Shown here piece after piece: positions 12,984 to 23,394 of a stretch of DNA of 64,000 nucleotides. Positions within the stretch are counted from its first letter, which is position 1. Every line of letters starts with the position of its first letter. Source of the stretch: Blastocystis sp. subtype 4 (taxonomy: Eukaryota); contig NW_014569469.1 in NCBI RefSeq assembly GCF_000743755.1, positions 1-64,000 on the forward strand, written 5' to 3'. Below the pieces are notes generated by a model. It was not told where the DNA came from, searched no databases, and saw only the letters and a program-made list of their open reading frames with translations. Position numbers and translations under genes: made by a program.

Positions 12984-14718
12984 TTAATCTAGAGAAGGAA
13001 CTCCCCATGAACACGAGGTCTCAATCAACAAATTACTTCCACCCATATTTATACGGAACCAACCTCTCTCTCCCCAATGCTCTCCCCAGTTGTTCCTCAC
13101 AATCCAATACCATTGTCCTGTGGAGGATACTCCCCATCCAGCAACTTCCACAATATGTCCACCTTTATAGTTGTGATTGTGTTCCACAAAAATACCACCT
13201 TCATAGTTCATGAATTCGTCTGTCATTACAATAAAACATGTAATTGGACCACGAGCATAAATCTCAGCCATCATATGTTCTGCTCCCGATACTTCACCAT
13301 ACTCTTGTACCGCTACAGTACGATACTCGTTCACATGATAGCAGTATCCAGTCGCATCACAATCCATACAAATACCCTGCATATCACACGTCTTCTTTCT
13401 TCCTTCATAAGCTTGACATGTCTTATCAGGCACATGATAGAGATAGGAATAACGATAGGCTGAGGCAGCATCACCTCCTTGGCACGATCCATCAGCACAA
13501 TTTAGGAATACTTGGGCTGATACTTCAATGATTGGCCACTTCCCCTTACGACGTAGTAACAAGCGATCAGAAAGTGCTGAAGCTGCAGCTTGTGCCCAAC
13601 AGGAGTTACAGAATTGAGGACTATGTTGATTGTGGTTGGGAGTGGCGTAATTGTGCCCATTGAGGTTCCGAATATCATAAGTTGTAGGTAATGAGGAGAC
13701 GTTTAGGTATGTCCAAGGAAGTGGGGATTTAATGACAGGCTTATTCTGGGTCCAGTCAGTAGGATAACCACAAGAAACGAAGTTCTTCAATACAGATCGT
13801 TGGGATGGTTTCGTAGGCGAAGTGGTATTGTGGGAGACTATTGTTGGTGTACCCCAATAACACAGTTCTTCAACCCCTAACACATTAGCTCCTCGATAGA
13901 TCCGGATGAAACCAAATTCACCCCAATAACTGCCCCAACTATTACGAGCAATCCAATAGGGCAAATCGTCTTCACCCCAACCGATGATTGTAATGTAGTG
14001 AGTTCCATGGGCATCCCTTCCATTTGTGAAGATTCCACCACTGTAAGATCGAAAAGCAGAATTCAAACGAATCGAACACGAAATTGGACCATTATAATAG
14101 ATTTCACGACGCATTGCCTCTTCACCACTAATTTGACCATAATGGGTCACATAATAAAGATTGTAATCATACACAGGCTCACAATAACCGTCATCTGTAC
14201 AAGAACGACAAATGTTTAAATCTATGCACCGTTCCTCACTACCCGTATAAGGGAGACACGTTTCATCAGGAATTCCCTTCTCTGCCATGTATTTATAAGC
14301 ATGATTAGGAGTTCCACCCTGACAACCATAACTATCTGCACAATTAATTAAAACTTGAGTAGCTAATTCGGGTACTTGCCATGTATTCGTCACTTTTAAA
14401 CGAAGTCGATCAGCAACAGCAGAAGTAGCTGAAAATGCCCAACTTGCATCACAATAGTTTGGAATATCCTGGTTCTTCATTGTGGAGGCATAGTTCCAGT
14501 CATACAAGTTACGGCTACGGTATGAATTCAATTTGATACATTATACATATCGTACCACGTAGGCAAATCTAACTCATCTTTCTCTTTACTATAAAGTCTT
14601 CCTTCTCTTCCTTCTGTGTGTGGTACTGATTGCGGCTGAAGAATTGCTTGTCCAACGGCAAAGAGTATACCTGACGTATGAATACCTTTCTATCACTCTT
14701 ACAAAGTAGATGAAACAT
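12984..14718 (-). CDS. Secreted papain-family (C1A) cathepsin Z/X-like protein with two tandem peptidase domains
   Basis: Signal peptide MFHLLCILFAVGQA; domain 1 NQDIPNYCDASWAF / HYITIIGWG / WIARNSWG; domain 2 NQHSPQFCNSCWAQ / GHIVEVAGWG / WIVRNNWG; NQHxP mini-loop typical of cathepsin X. Confidence 0.93.
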
Positions 14719-14787
14719 TGTTTGCCCTTATATATGTATGAAAAATCGTGCGCCAATTGGATTGCAGAAACAAACAAACACAACAGT

Positions 14788-15646
14788 TTACATATCTATG
14801 ACTTCTTCGTCAATAACATCCTCTTGGCTCATACCAGGAAACAAATTGTATGACTCACTTGTTGAGAAGGCACTAATTCTCATACTCTCTCTTCTCAACT
14901 CACCTTTTCGCTGTGCAAGCGATAAACAATACTTTCCGCAACTCTTTGTTGTAGAAGAAGTAATTGAAGGACCAACTACTTGTTATCACGCTTCTTTGTG
15001 TCTACATCTGCCCCTCACTCAGAGGATCATCACTTAAGTCACTAATATACGTGTAAACAATGCAATCCTTTAACTGGATTGTTTGATCTACTTCATTCCA
15101 TAGATCCACTGTATAATCTGCAACATAAGTGGGTCCAAAGGCAACTACTTGCCATATTCATTTCAGAAACTTCGCACAAATGACGATTGATGGTATTTAC
15201 AGCCGTATTGACAGAATCCACACACTGAAACTGATCTGGTTTTACTGAGCTACACCATCACAATCCTGGAAAACACAAACCTGAAATCATAGTCTTGAAA
15301 GGATTCGTTCAAGGTAGAGATCAGATATCCATACACTTTGCATGATTCAGGGTCGTCCATCTTTCCTTCTACACCATTAAGGAAATCTGCTCCAAATGCT
15401 TCCACTAGGATATTTGAACTGTCAGAAAGCGTAACAAATACGTCATCCGCTTCTTTCAAGTAGTCTTGCCGCAATTTCCTTGACAACTTCTTCTGTACAG
15501 TAGACATCTTACCTACCTATCAGAAATGTATTCTTCTCACAACAGGAATATAATTCAATGCGACAATTCAACTTCATATCACTTTCGGTAACTTGATTCA
15601 ATTTTGAGCTCAATGCCGCTAATGTCGGTGCCTCAAGATATTTCAT
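14788..15646 (-). CDS. MAF1: RNA polymerase III repressor Maf1
   Basis: MKYLEAPTLAALSSKL..NCRIELYSC..KMSTVQKKL; YGYLISTLNESFQDYDF; acidic tail; TGTTTGTT downstream. Confidence 0.88.
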
Positions 15647-15769
15647 TGATACAATACTTCTAATATATCTCAAATACCCTTGTTAGAATAACAGAAGATT
15701 CGCGGGAAGAATTCGAAAAAACCGCAATCTTCGGTATTTCTAGTCTTTCTTTTCTAGCACAAGTATTTC

Positions 15770-15777
15770 AACAAACA
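15770..15777 (-). terminator. TGTTTGTT 3'-end/poly(A) element of the membrane-protein gene
   Basis: In-frame T + 4 nt + motif. Confidence 0.75.
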
Positions 15778-15781
15778 AACG

Positions 15782-16790
15782 AATGACTATGAAGTTGATC
15801 ATTCTCCATATTGTCCTTTGGTTTATCCTCTTTAAATTCAACTTGTGGAGTAGGAGTGACAGGAATCACAGACACGGCAGGCACAACAGTAGTGGCTGGA
15901 AGAGTCATTCGATTCGTCTCATCACGTCTCCACTTCACAAAGAAATATACAGGAACATTCCAGAAAAGCACGACAACCACATAGGTGACAGCTATACATA
16001 CAAAGACATTCCATGTAGTATAGATATGAAGGGCTCCGCATATTAGCGCATACCACCCACCTCTACTCCTCAGACCAACGAAGCATGCTTACGCACAACC
16101 ACCGATGATCATGGGACCTACCGCACCTGTTGAAACGGAAGCTCCTTGAGCCAGACTGACGGATACCATCGTAGTACTGAAGATTGCAGGAAAACCAGAA
16201 AAAGCACCAGCAAACAGCCCAAGCCCACTCGAACTCAGCAAACTACTTATACAGATACAAATAGCAGCTGCCAAACCCCTAAGGATATGTGTATACCAAT
16301 GAACCTTGTGAGTACCTTTGGGAGTTGGCGGTAATCTCCAGCATAAAACAATTCCAACGACCACACATATCGCCATCACAATAAGAGAAAACGCCCAGAG
16401 CTGCATTCCTTGTTTAGCAGTAAGTTCGTGAATCCAAGTTACAAGGATAGCAGCAACAAACCACATCACGAGAGATACAACAAGGGTATAAAAGACAACG
16501 GTACTATTCTTCATCCGTTTCTCCAAACGAGAAGGAAGGATCTTCCAAACCGGAAGGAACACCAGATTCGTTGCAATAATTCCAATAGGAGCAGCAAATA
16601 AGGATTCGACTTGCTCCGTTGCAGTTCTTCCTGAGTCTGTTAGAAATACATATGAAGTGGGTACAATTGTTGTAGGGACGGAACTAATCACGCCTCCAAT
16701 CGCACCTCCACACTTTTCAATGCATATGGCGACAATAATAGCAATGAGGAATCCTACACTTGCTGACACCAACGTTTTCACCCAAAACAT
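15782..16790 (-). CDS. Multi-pass membrane protein with internal duplication (GGxxGGxxSSxP / xAGxFSGFP); stop predicted to be completed by poly(A)
   Basis: About 9-10 hydrophobic segments; ends CAT-T|CGTT-TGTTTGTT; a genomic TGA is also present at 15768. Confidence 0.7.
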
Positions 16791-16830
16791 CAATAGCGAT
16801 GATTCGTTTCCAAGATGGAGTAATGAATGA

Positions 16831-16838
16831 AACAAACA
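16831..16838 (-). terminator. TGTTTGTT 3'-end/poly(A) element of STI1
   Basis: Perfect motif 4 nt after the lone T that follows the final Gly codon. Confidence 0.85.
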
Positions 16839-16842
16839 GATG

Positions 16843-18533
16843 ATCCTACACGAATAATACCAGCATAAATCAATGTGTCCAACTTCTCTTTAATAACAGG
16901 GTCTTGCAAATAGCGAGATGCTGCCTTGGGATTGGATTGCATCTCTTGGAGCACCTGGTTCATTGCTGGATCCTGCATAATGGATACAATCTCCGGATCT
17001 TCCATTGACCGCTTCTGCTGAATCGGATCCAAAGGTCTTCCCTGCATCTACAACTCACATTCTCTTTCAATTCCAACTTCTCTAACATGTTCCTGTGTCT
17101 TTCGCACACCCTCCTGACAAGCAGCATCTTCAGGATCAATTTCCAATCCATGCATGAAACTGCGGATCGATTTGTGATACTGTTTGAGCACCATTTCAAT
17201 ATTACCCTTACGCACCCATGCCTTCACATACTTCGGATCTAATTCCAATGCCTTGTTAATATCAGACAGAGCACGTCCATAATCCAAGAGCTTGCTTAAA
17301 GCAGTACCACGGTTATTATAATAGGTTGCATTGGTAGGATCACGACGAATGGCCTCATCGTACTCACGAATAGCCTCGGGATACTTGCCTTCAAGGAAGA
17401 ATTGGTTTCCTCGTTCTTTTGCCTTCAATCCCTCTTCTGGATTTATGTACTTTCGTTTCTCATCTTCTGCCTTCAGTCGATTCACTTGTTTGATTTTATC
17501 ATCTATTCCCTTCAGAGGGTATTCCGTACGTGAGGAAGTGAATGCCTCTAACGCAGCATCATAATTGCCTCTCTTCATCTCCGCATTACCGATTCGCATG
17601 TACGTCTATACATTACTCTCATTCAACAAATCACACTTTTGCAACATCCTCAAACGAAGCATGGATTTCTCGAGCCAATGTGATTGTCTCCTGACACTTC
17701 TCCACACACTCATCATATTTTCCTTGCTCCAACAATACAGCACATACGTTATTACGAATTGAGATGTTGTTGGGCTGAATCTCAAGAATCGCCTGATACT
17801 TCTCCATAGCAGCATCAAAGTTCTTCTTCTTGTACAGAGTGTTTCCCTCTTCTCGTAAAGCCAACACCTTTTTCTCTTCTTCTGACAATTCCGGTTTAGG
17901 CTCAGGTTTAGGTTCTTCTTTAGGTTTAGGTTTAGGCTTGGACTCTGCTTCCTGTGGTTGAGAAGCAGCTTCTGGGGGCGTCATACCTGAAATCATAGCC
18001 TGAAGAACAGCCGTAATCTGAGGATCTCCCATCATGGACATTAGATTTTGGGGGTTCTTCTGTAATGACATAAGCTTTGGAATGAACGTGGGATCATTAC
18101 GCAATTCGGCAACGGCAGGACTCGTCATTGCAAACGAAATCATCTGGTTGATAAAAGCTCTCTCTCCTCCACTTTCTCTTTTCTGAGTAGCCTCATCCAA
18201 ACCCCTCTGAAGCATATCGTTAGGTCCACAACTTTTCAGACCTTGTTCAAACGTAGCAATTGCCTCATCAAATTGCCTTAAAGCCTGCAATGCTGCTCCC
18301 TTTCGACAATAACCCTTTGGCCATTTGGGATTCAATTCGACACACTTAACAGCATCCTCCAAAGCCTCTGTCGCCTGTCCAGCAGAGAGATAGGCAGCAG
18401 AACGATTACTGTACAGAATGTGGTTTGTTGGATCGATTTCGATTCCCTTTCCATACCATTTGATAGCCTCGTCATATTCCTTCTTTGCCATATACTCATT
18501 TCCCTTAGCTTTCGCAGAATCAGCAGTTTCCAT
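16843..18533 (-). CDS. STI1: Hsp70/Hsp90 organising protein Sti1/HOP; stop completed by poly(A)
   Basis: TPR1 (KAKGN..LYSNRSAAY..PKWPKGYCRKG), DP1, TPR2A, TPR2B (YINPEEGLKAKERGN), DP2 ending DPVIKEKLDTLIYAGIIRVG then T|CATC-TGTTTGTT. Confidence 0.95.
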
Positions 18534-18670
18534 CTTCTATTTAATAAGCCCTCATTTTTCAATAAGATTCCTACCTTTTGTTTTACTGAATACCTTGGAA
18601 TAATAGTGGAAAACAAACAAATCGAACGTTCTAGAACATATCTGTAACAAACAAAGAACCAATACCATCT

Positions 18671-20728
18671 TCAAGGGTTGAACGCATGGATAAAGCTACT
18701 GGTTGCCAAAATCTCACGTTTCTGGTAGGAGCAGTTCAGATTGTTATCAGGTTCTGTATGGAACTCGATACGGACTCCAGAAACAAATCCGTTGAATTTT
18801 CCCTTCAGTTCGCAGGGACAGTATTCAGCATCCCGCGATTCAGGAAGGTTGTCAAGGCTTACAGGCTCTGTAATCTCAGCTCCAAATGTATAGTCGTTTC
18901 CTTCCTCCATGAACTGGTCCGTCCAACGACACTTCAATGATGTCTTCAAGAAACCTCCCTTAGGCTTGAATCGGAACTATTCGTTAGTCCTTCCTTGCAT
19001 CACTTACAGTTCGCTTGATAGACTTGTCGTCCGTTAGCAGAGGAGGCATAGCGAAGCAAGTCATACCTTCAATAGCTGAAGGAACCGAATTACAATGAGC
19101 TTCAATCATCACAGAGGTAGCAGTACCCTCACGTGATGATCGACACACAGCAGAACATGGTGCCTGACCTTCAGGGATCGGTCCCTTGTAAGTCAATACA
19201 GAGATAGCTTCTTCAGGCGTCTTAGCTGGGACTGTAATCTCAAAGGTCTTGGCATCTTCCTTCTCTTCGACCACATGACACATACCCTCAGCAGGTGTGA
19301 ACTCATAAGCCTTCGCATTCGAAAACGTGATACGTAAGGCCGTATTGCCCTCCTTCAAACCCTCTGGACACTCTGGCTTGATCTTCAATTCACCCTTCAG
19401 GATCTGCTTCTCGATACCTTCAGGCTTCTGTCTATCCATCATCGCTTCTTCTCATTCCTACTCAATACGAAGCGTCTCAGACAAACTACCGTCAATCGAT
19501 ACTACAGCCAGGGCCTCATCATTACCTTCATCTTCATCTTCATCTTCATCAGCAGTCGTAGTAGGAACAGTGGAGGTGGTAGGCTGGGGCATCGTCTTGC
19601 CAGGAACTGCCACATGAATCTGCTCCTCCACAGGGACGATTTCCTCATCAGCATCTTCTTCGTCCATCGTATGCTCCACTACAGTCTCTGTCACCTTCGG
19701 TGTCTGCAAGTCTGGAGGTGTGCACAAAGCCTGAGAAGCTGACTTCACTTCCGCAATCGTTGGTGACAAGAACTCTATGTCCGTTGTCTGTGTACGTTCC
19801 AGATCTTGACGCAGACCTACAAATCATTGCCTCTTTCAATTCCAACGTGTTAGCGGCTCAGTCACCTGCTGAGCATCGAATTGTTCATCCACAATCAGAT
19901 CTACCATGGGCGTTGTAACTGTCTCAGGGACCTGATGATAAGGTAATTCAGCTCTATTCATGAACTTAATTATTCATTACTACGTCACATCGAAGAAGTC
20001 GTCAAATTTCTCAGCAACAATATTTGCTTTGATTTCCTTCTTTGTATCAGCAGGAATACGACCTTCCAACTATTCATTAAACAGAACTAGTAAGATTCAC
20101 ATGAAGAATGGCTTCCCAAGCATCTCGTCGGTAATCACGAATTTCCGCGGGAATTTCATTAGTATTCAAACAGTCATTAATATCCAGTAATTCGTTATTA
20201 ACGGTGTAGACTGTGAGAGGATCATTTGCAAGACGAATCTGACGTAGAGGGATATTCAATACAGACGCGCCTTCCATTCCATTGATACAACGACGGAAGG
20301 CATAATAGAAGCTAATCTTGTTCTTTTCCACTTCGGAATAAGCCACATTTCCACTCATGCTCGTATAAACCACATCTCTCACTTTCTCCAACACATCCAA
20401 AGCCAGGAAGGGAGAATGATGATCAATATCAATTGTGATGATATAGATATCATTGACCAAGAGATACAGAAGACGATAGGCGCCGATGACCATAGGAATC
20501 GGTTCAGCAATAGGATAGATATCATCAATACGCTTCCCTCTATTCCATCAACCTCTACAACCGAATTCCAACCCCAAAACACTGTTCGAAGGGTTTCTAC
20601 AGGAAATGCGGATATCTTCAATCGTAGACGTGAATTGTTGGAGAATAGATGTAATTCGTTGATATCTAGTCTATAAGAGGCCAGAATCAACGAAAACGTA
20701 CGAGACAAACGAAGTCTTTACAACGCAT
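18671..20728 (-). CDS. Longin-like plus mu-homology domain protein; likely TSET/TPLATE medium subunit (TCUP/TML-like)
   Basis: YRLLYLLVNDIYIITI...PFLALDVLEKV...KISFYYAFRRCING resembles the plant TML N-terminal longin; acidic low-complexity linker; beta-rich C-terminus with LSETLRIE...ILKGELKI. Confidence 0.6.
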
Positions 20729-20839
20729 CCAATCTCTCCCTTTAGGGATACCAAACAAACAGCAATGACACCCATTCTAGAGGATAAACACTTTAAACAC
20801 CTAATGCGAGTGCTCGGGGTTTTGAAATGCAAGGATCGC

Positions 20840-20847
20840 AACAAACA
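20840..20847 (-). terminator. TGTTTGTT element of the RRM gene (a second copy at 20754-20761)
   Basis: T of TAA + 4 nt + motif. Confidence 0.75.
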
Positions 20848-20849
20848 GT

Positions 20850-22113
20850 TTAGTAACCACTTGGAGGATAGTAATGATTATCATACATCTGATCTGACGG
20901 ACCATTTCCAGCAGGATTGGATGGAGGAGGAGGATAATTGTAATTCTGAGGTGGATAGGGATAATTGTCATAATTACCCTGATAAGGAGGATATGAATTT
21001 GGAGGATAGTCATTTCGCTGCATTGGAGGAGGAGGATAGTTATATCCGTCGTAGGGAGGATAATATCGGTCATTACCTCTTGAGTAATCATCCCGAGGTC
21101 GATCACGGGAACGTTCTCTTGAAGAATCTCTCGAGCGATCACGTCGACGGTCATCATAACGGTCATCATGGTGACTTCGATGGTCATCATATCGACGATC
21201 ACTATTCCTCACTTCCATTCACTTGAACTACTTGTGATAACGTCGTGAACGGTCATCTCCCTTAGATAAAGAAATCGGCGAACAACGAATCTCAAAACCA
21301 TCTCCTTGCTTCACAGGATTCTCCAAACATTTATCGTAATCAGCCTTCATTGCAAATGTGACAAATCCAAAGCCACGCGAGTTGTGAGTACCCTTCTCGT
21401 AGCAAATGAACGCTTCTTCCACAATCCCCTAAAGATAAGACTGAAGACGGGCAAAATACATAGTTTCCAAAGAATTTGTTAATATCGTCATTGGTCCAAG
21501 TGATAGGAAATCCATTCACATGTAGTTTGCGAGAGTCCTTCGGTCCTTGATCTGAAACAGAGGTAGTGGATCCCCCCTTTGGTTTGGGTGGATTATCTTT
21601 AGCAATAGCATACTTCAGCTGCAGAGGTCGTCCCTAAATCTCAGTAGACACTTAAATGGCAACTCCAATAACAGTTTCTGTGTTGATTGCCTTTAAGGCA
21701 CTCAAAGCATCAACAAATACGATAAAACCGTAACCTTTGGACTTATTTGTTGATGAATCTACAACTAGACGCACATCCTCAATCTCTCCAAAACTTGAAC
21801 AGACATCTCGAAGCATGGCCTCTGTCACATCCGCTGGCAGGTCAAACACGAACAATTTACGAAACTTTGAATCGTGTGTGTAGTTGGCAATGAAATCCTT
21901 AAACACCTCGGTACCTGGCTTAAACCTAGGTATTGGTCGAAATTGACATGAGACAAACGTTTTAAGAAGAAGTTTGATCAAAATATCAGGATCTACCAGA
22001 CTCAACATGTATGACAAAACACCCTCGGAAAACTCAATCTCTTTGCTTCGATTTTACCACAGGACTGCAACCGCCTACTTCTCAACCGATTCGACCTTTG
22101 GCTCTTCGCTCAT
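20850..22113 (-). CDS. Two-RRM RNA-binding protein (UBA2/Musashi-like) with RD/RS and Pro/Tyr-rich tail
   Basis: RKLFVFDLP / KSKGYGFIVF and RKLHVNGF / SRGFGFVTF RNP motifs. Confidence 0.85.
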
Positions 22114-22241
22114 ACCAGATAATTGTGGACGAATCTCAATTTCAAGAATTCCCGTGGGAGTTCTACAGTACAGATTGGAAAGAGATTCTACTTGTGATTT
22201 CCTCTCAGTGAAAGGTGGTATTGATTGACAGCTCTACTGAG

Positions 22242-23344
22242 ATGAGAAACAGATATTTATCGAATCTACTCAGAATCAGTTATCTGTTCCTATTCATATT
22301 TGCAGTCGTTACTTCTCAAACGGATATGGAGGATGACGAAGAGATGGAGGATCCTTTGAGTATTGGAGGAGGAACCCAACAAACTTGTGATGCCTGTCGA
22401 ACTGTTATGGATCAGTTGTTGCAAGAATGGCATACTTTTGACAATGATGCATTTTTGGAAGCTATTGATCAAGCGGCACACAAAAATGAGTATGTTCCTG
22501 TTGTACCAGAAGATGAGGTAGAATTGAGCACGAAGGATGAGTTAATAGAAAGAACGACAGGCTTTCGAAAAGCGGGTCGTCGCCAGGTTTGCATGCGTGT
22601 TATGGCTTACATCTATAGGTTTATGAAGCGATGTAAGAATGTGGATATCTGGATTCAGTACAGATGAGTCGAATAAGTAATTCAAAGGTACAAACCTCAT
22701 ATTCGAAAGGCTTGTGTTGATATTGTTAATAAGAGTGGTTCTGAAATTGCCCATATTCTAGTTGATAAAAATGCTGAAGTGGATACTGATATTATGAACT
22801 GTAGGATGCTATTGGTTCGTTTGACTTAGATTTGACGCGTGTAGTCTGTATGGGTTTGAACCAGCTCTGTAATATCAAATACTTAAATTTGGATGCTCGC
22901 TCTGTGAATTCACAGTGTGAGAATTGCATTAATGTGGCTCGTTTGCTGGATTTTCAGACTCGTCGAGCAAGCAAGAAGTACATTCAACGGGGTTTCTTTT
23001 TTAACTCTCTTTTAGAAAATATATGTGAGAAGATTCCATTCTATTACAGTAGTACGTAATGGAGAGAAGAATGAGAAGTAGGTCCCAGCCTTATTGGAAC
23101 TTTGTGCGAAGAACTTGTTGATGATTATGATGAAGAAATTGTGACAGTTCTACAGCAAGTGGCTGACAATGAACTCACGCAAGCTGAAGAGAGTATCTGT
23201 GTGCGTATTTCGCACTTATGTTCTAAGAAAGAATATAATAGGGTTAAGAATTATGATTATCGGGATTCACTTGGAGATTTCCAGAAGCAACAAAATATAC
23301 GATCAATGTCATTAGATGAAATGAACGACTATGAGGATTTGTAG
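22242..23344 (+). CDS. ER-luminal protein with two saposin-B-like (canopy-like) modules and a KDEL-like C-terminus (YEDL)
   Basis: Signal peptide; CDAC and CENC motifs, LENICEK, LCEELVDDYDEEI, ICVRISHLC. Confidence 0.7.
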
Positions 23345-23346
23345 AG

Positions 23347-23354
23347 TGTTTGTT
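23347..23354 (+). terminator. TGTTTGTT element of the saposin-like gene
   Basis: T of TAG + 4 nt + motif. Confidence 0.75.
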
Positions 23355-23394
23355 AGATACATCATTCTTTTTCTGTTTTCTTGATTTGCATGCT

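Noticed and set aside
16790..16842. Apparent STI1 C-terminal extension and extended N-terminus (from 16835) of the next ORF
   Set aside because: ORF-caller artefacts of the missing genomic stop and a non-ATG start
20765..21226. His/Asp-rich + strand ORF and alternative-frame ORFs
   Set aside because: Antisense or alternative frames of the low-complexity RRM protein tail
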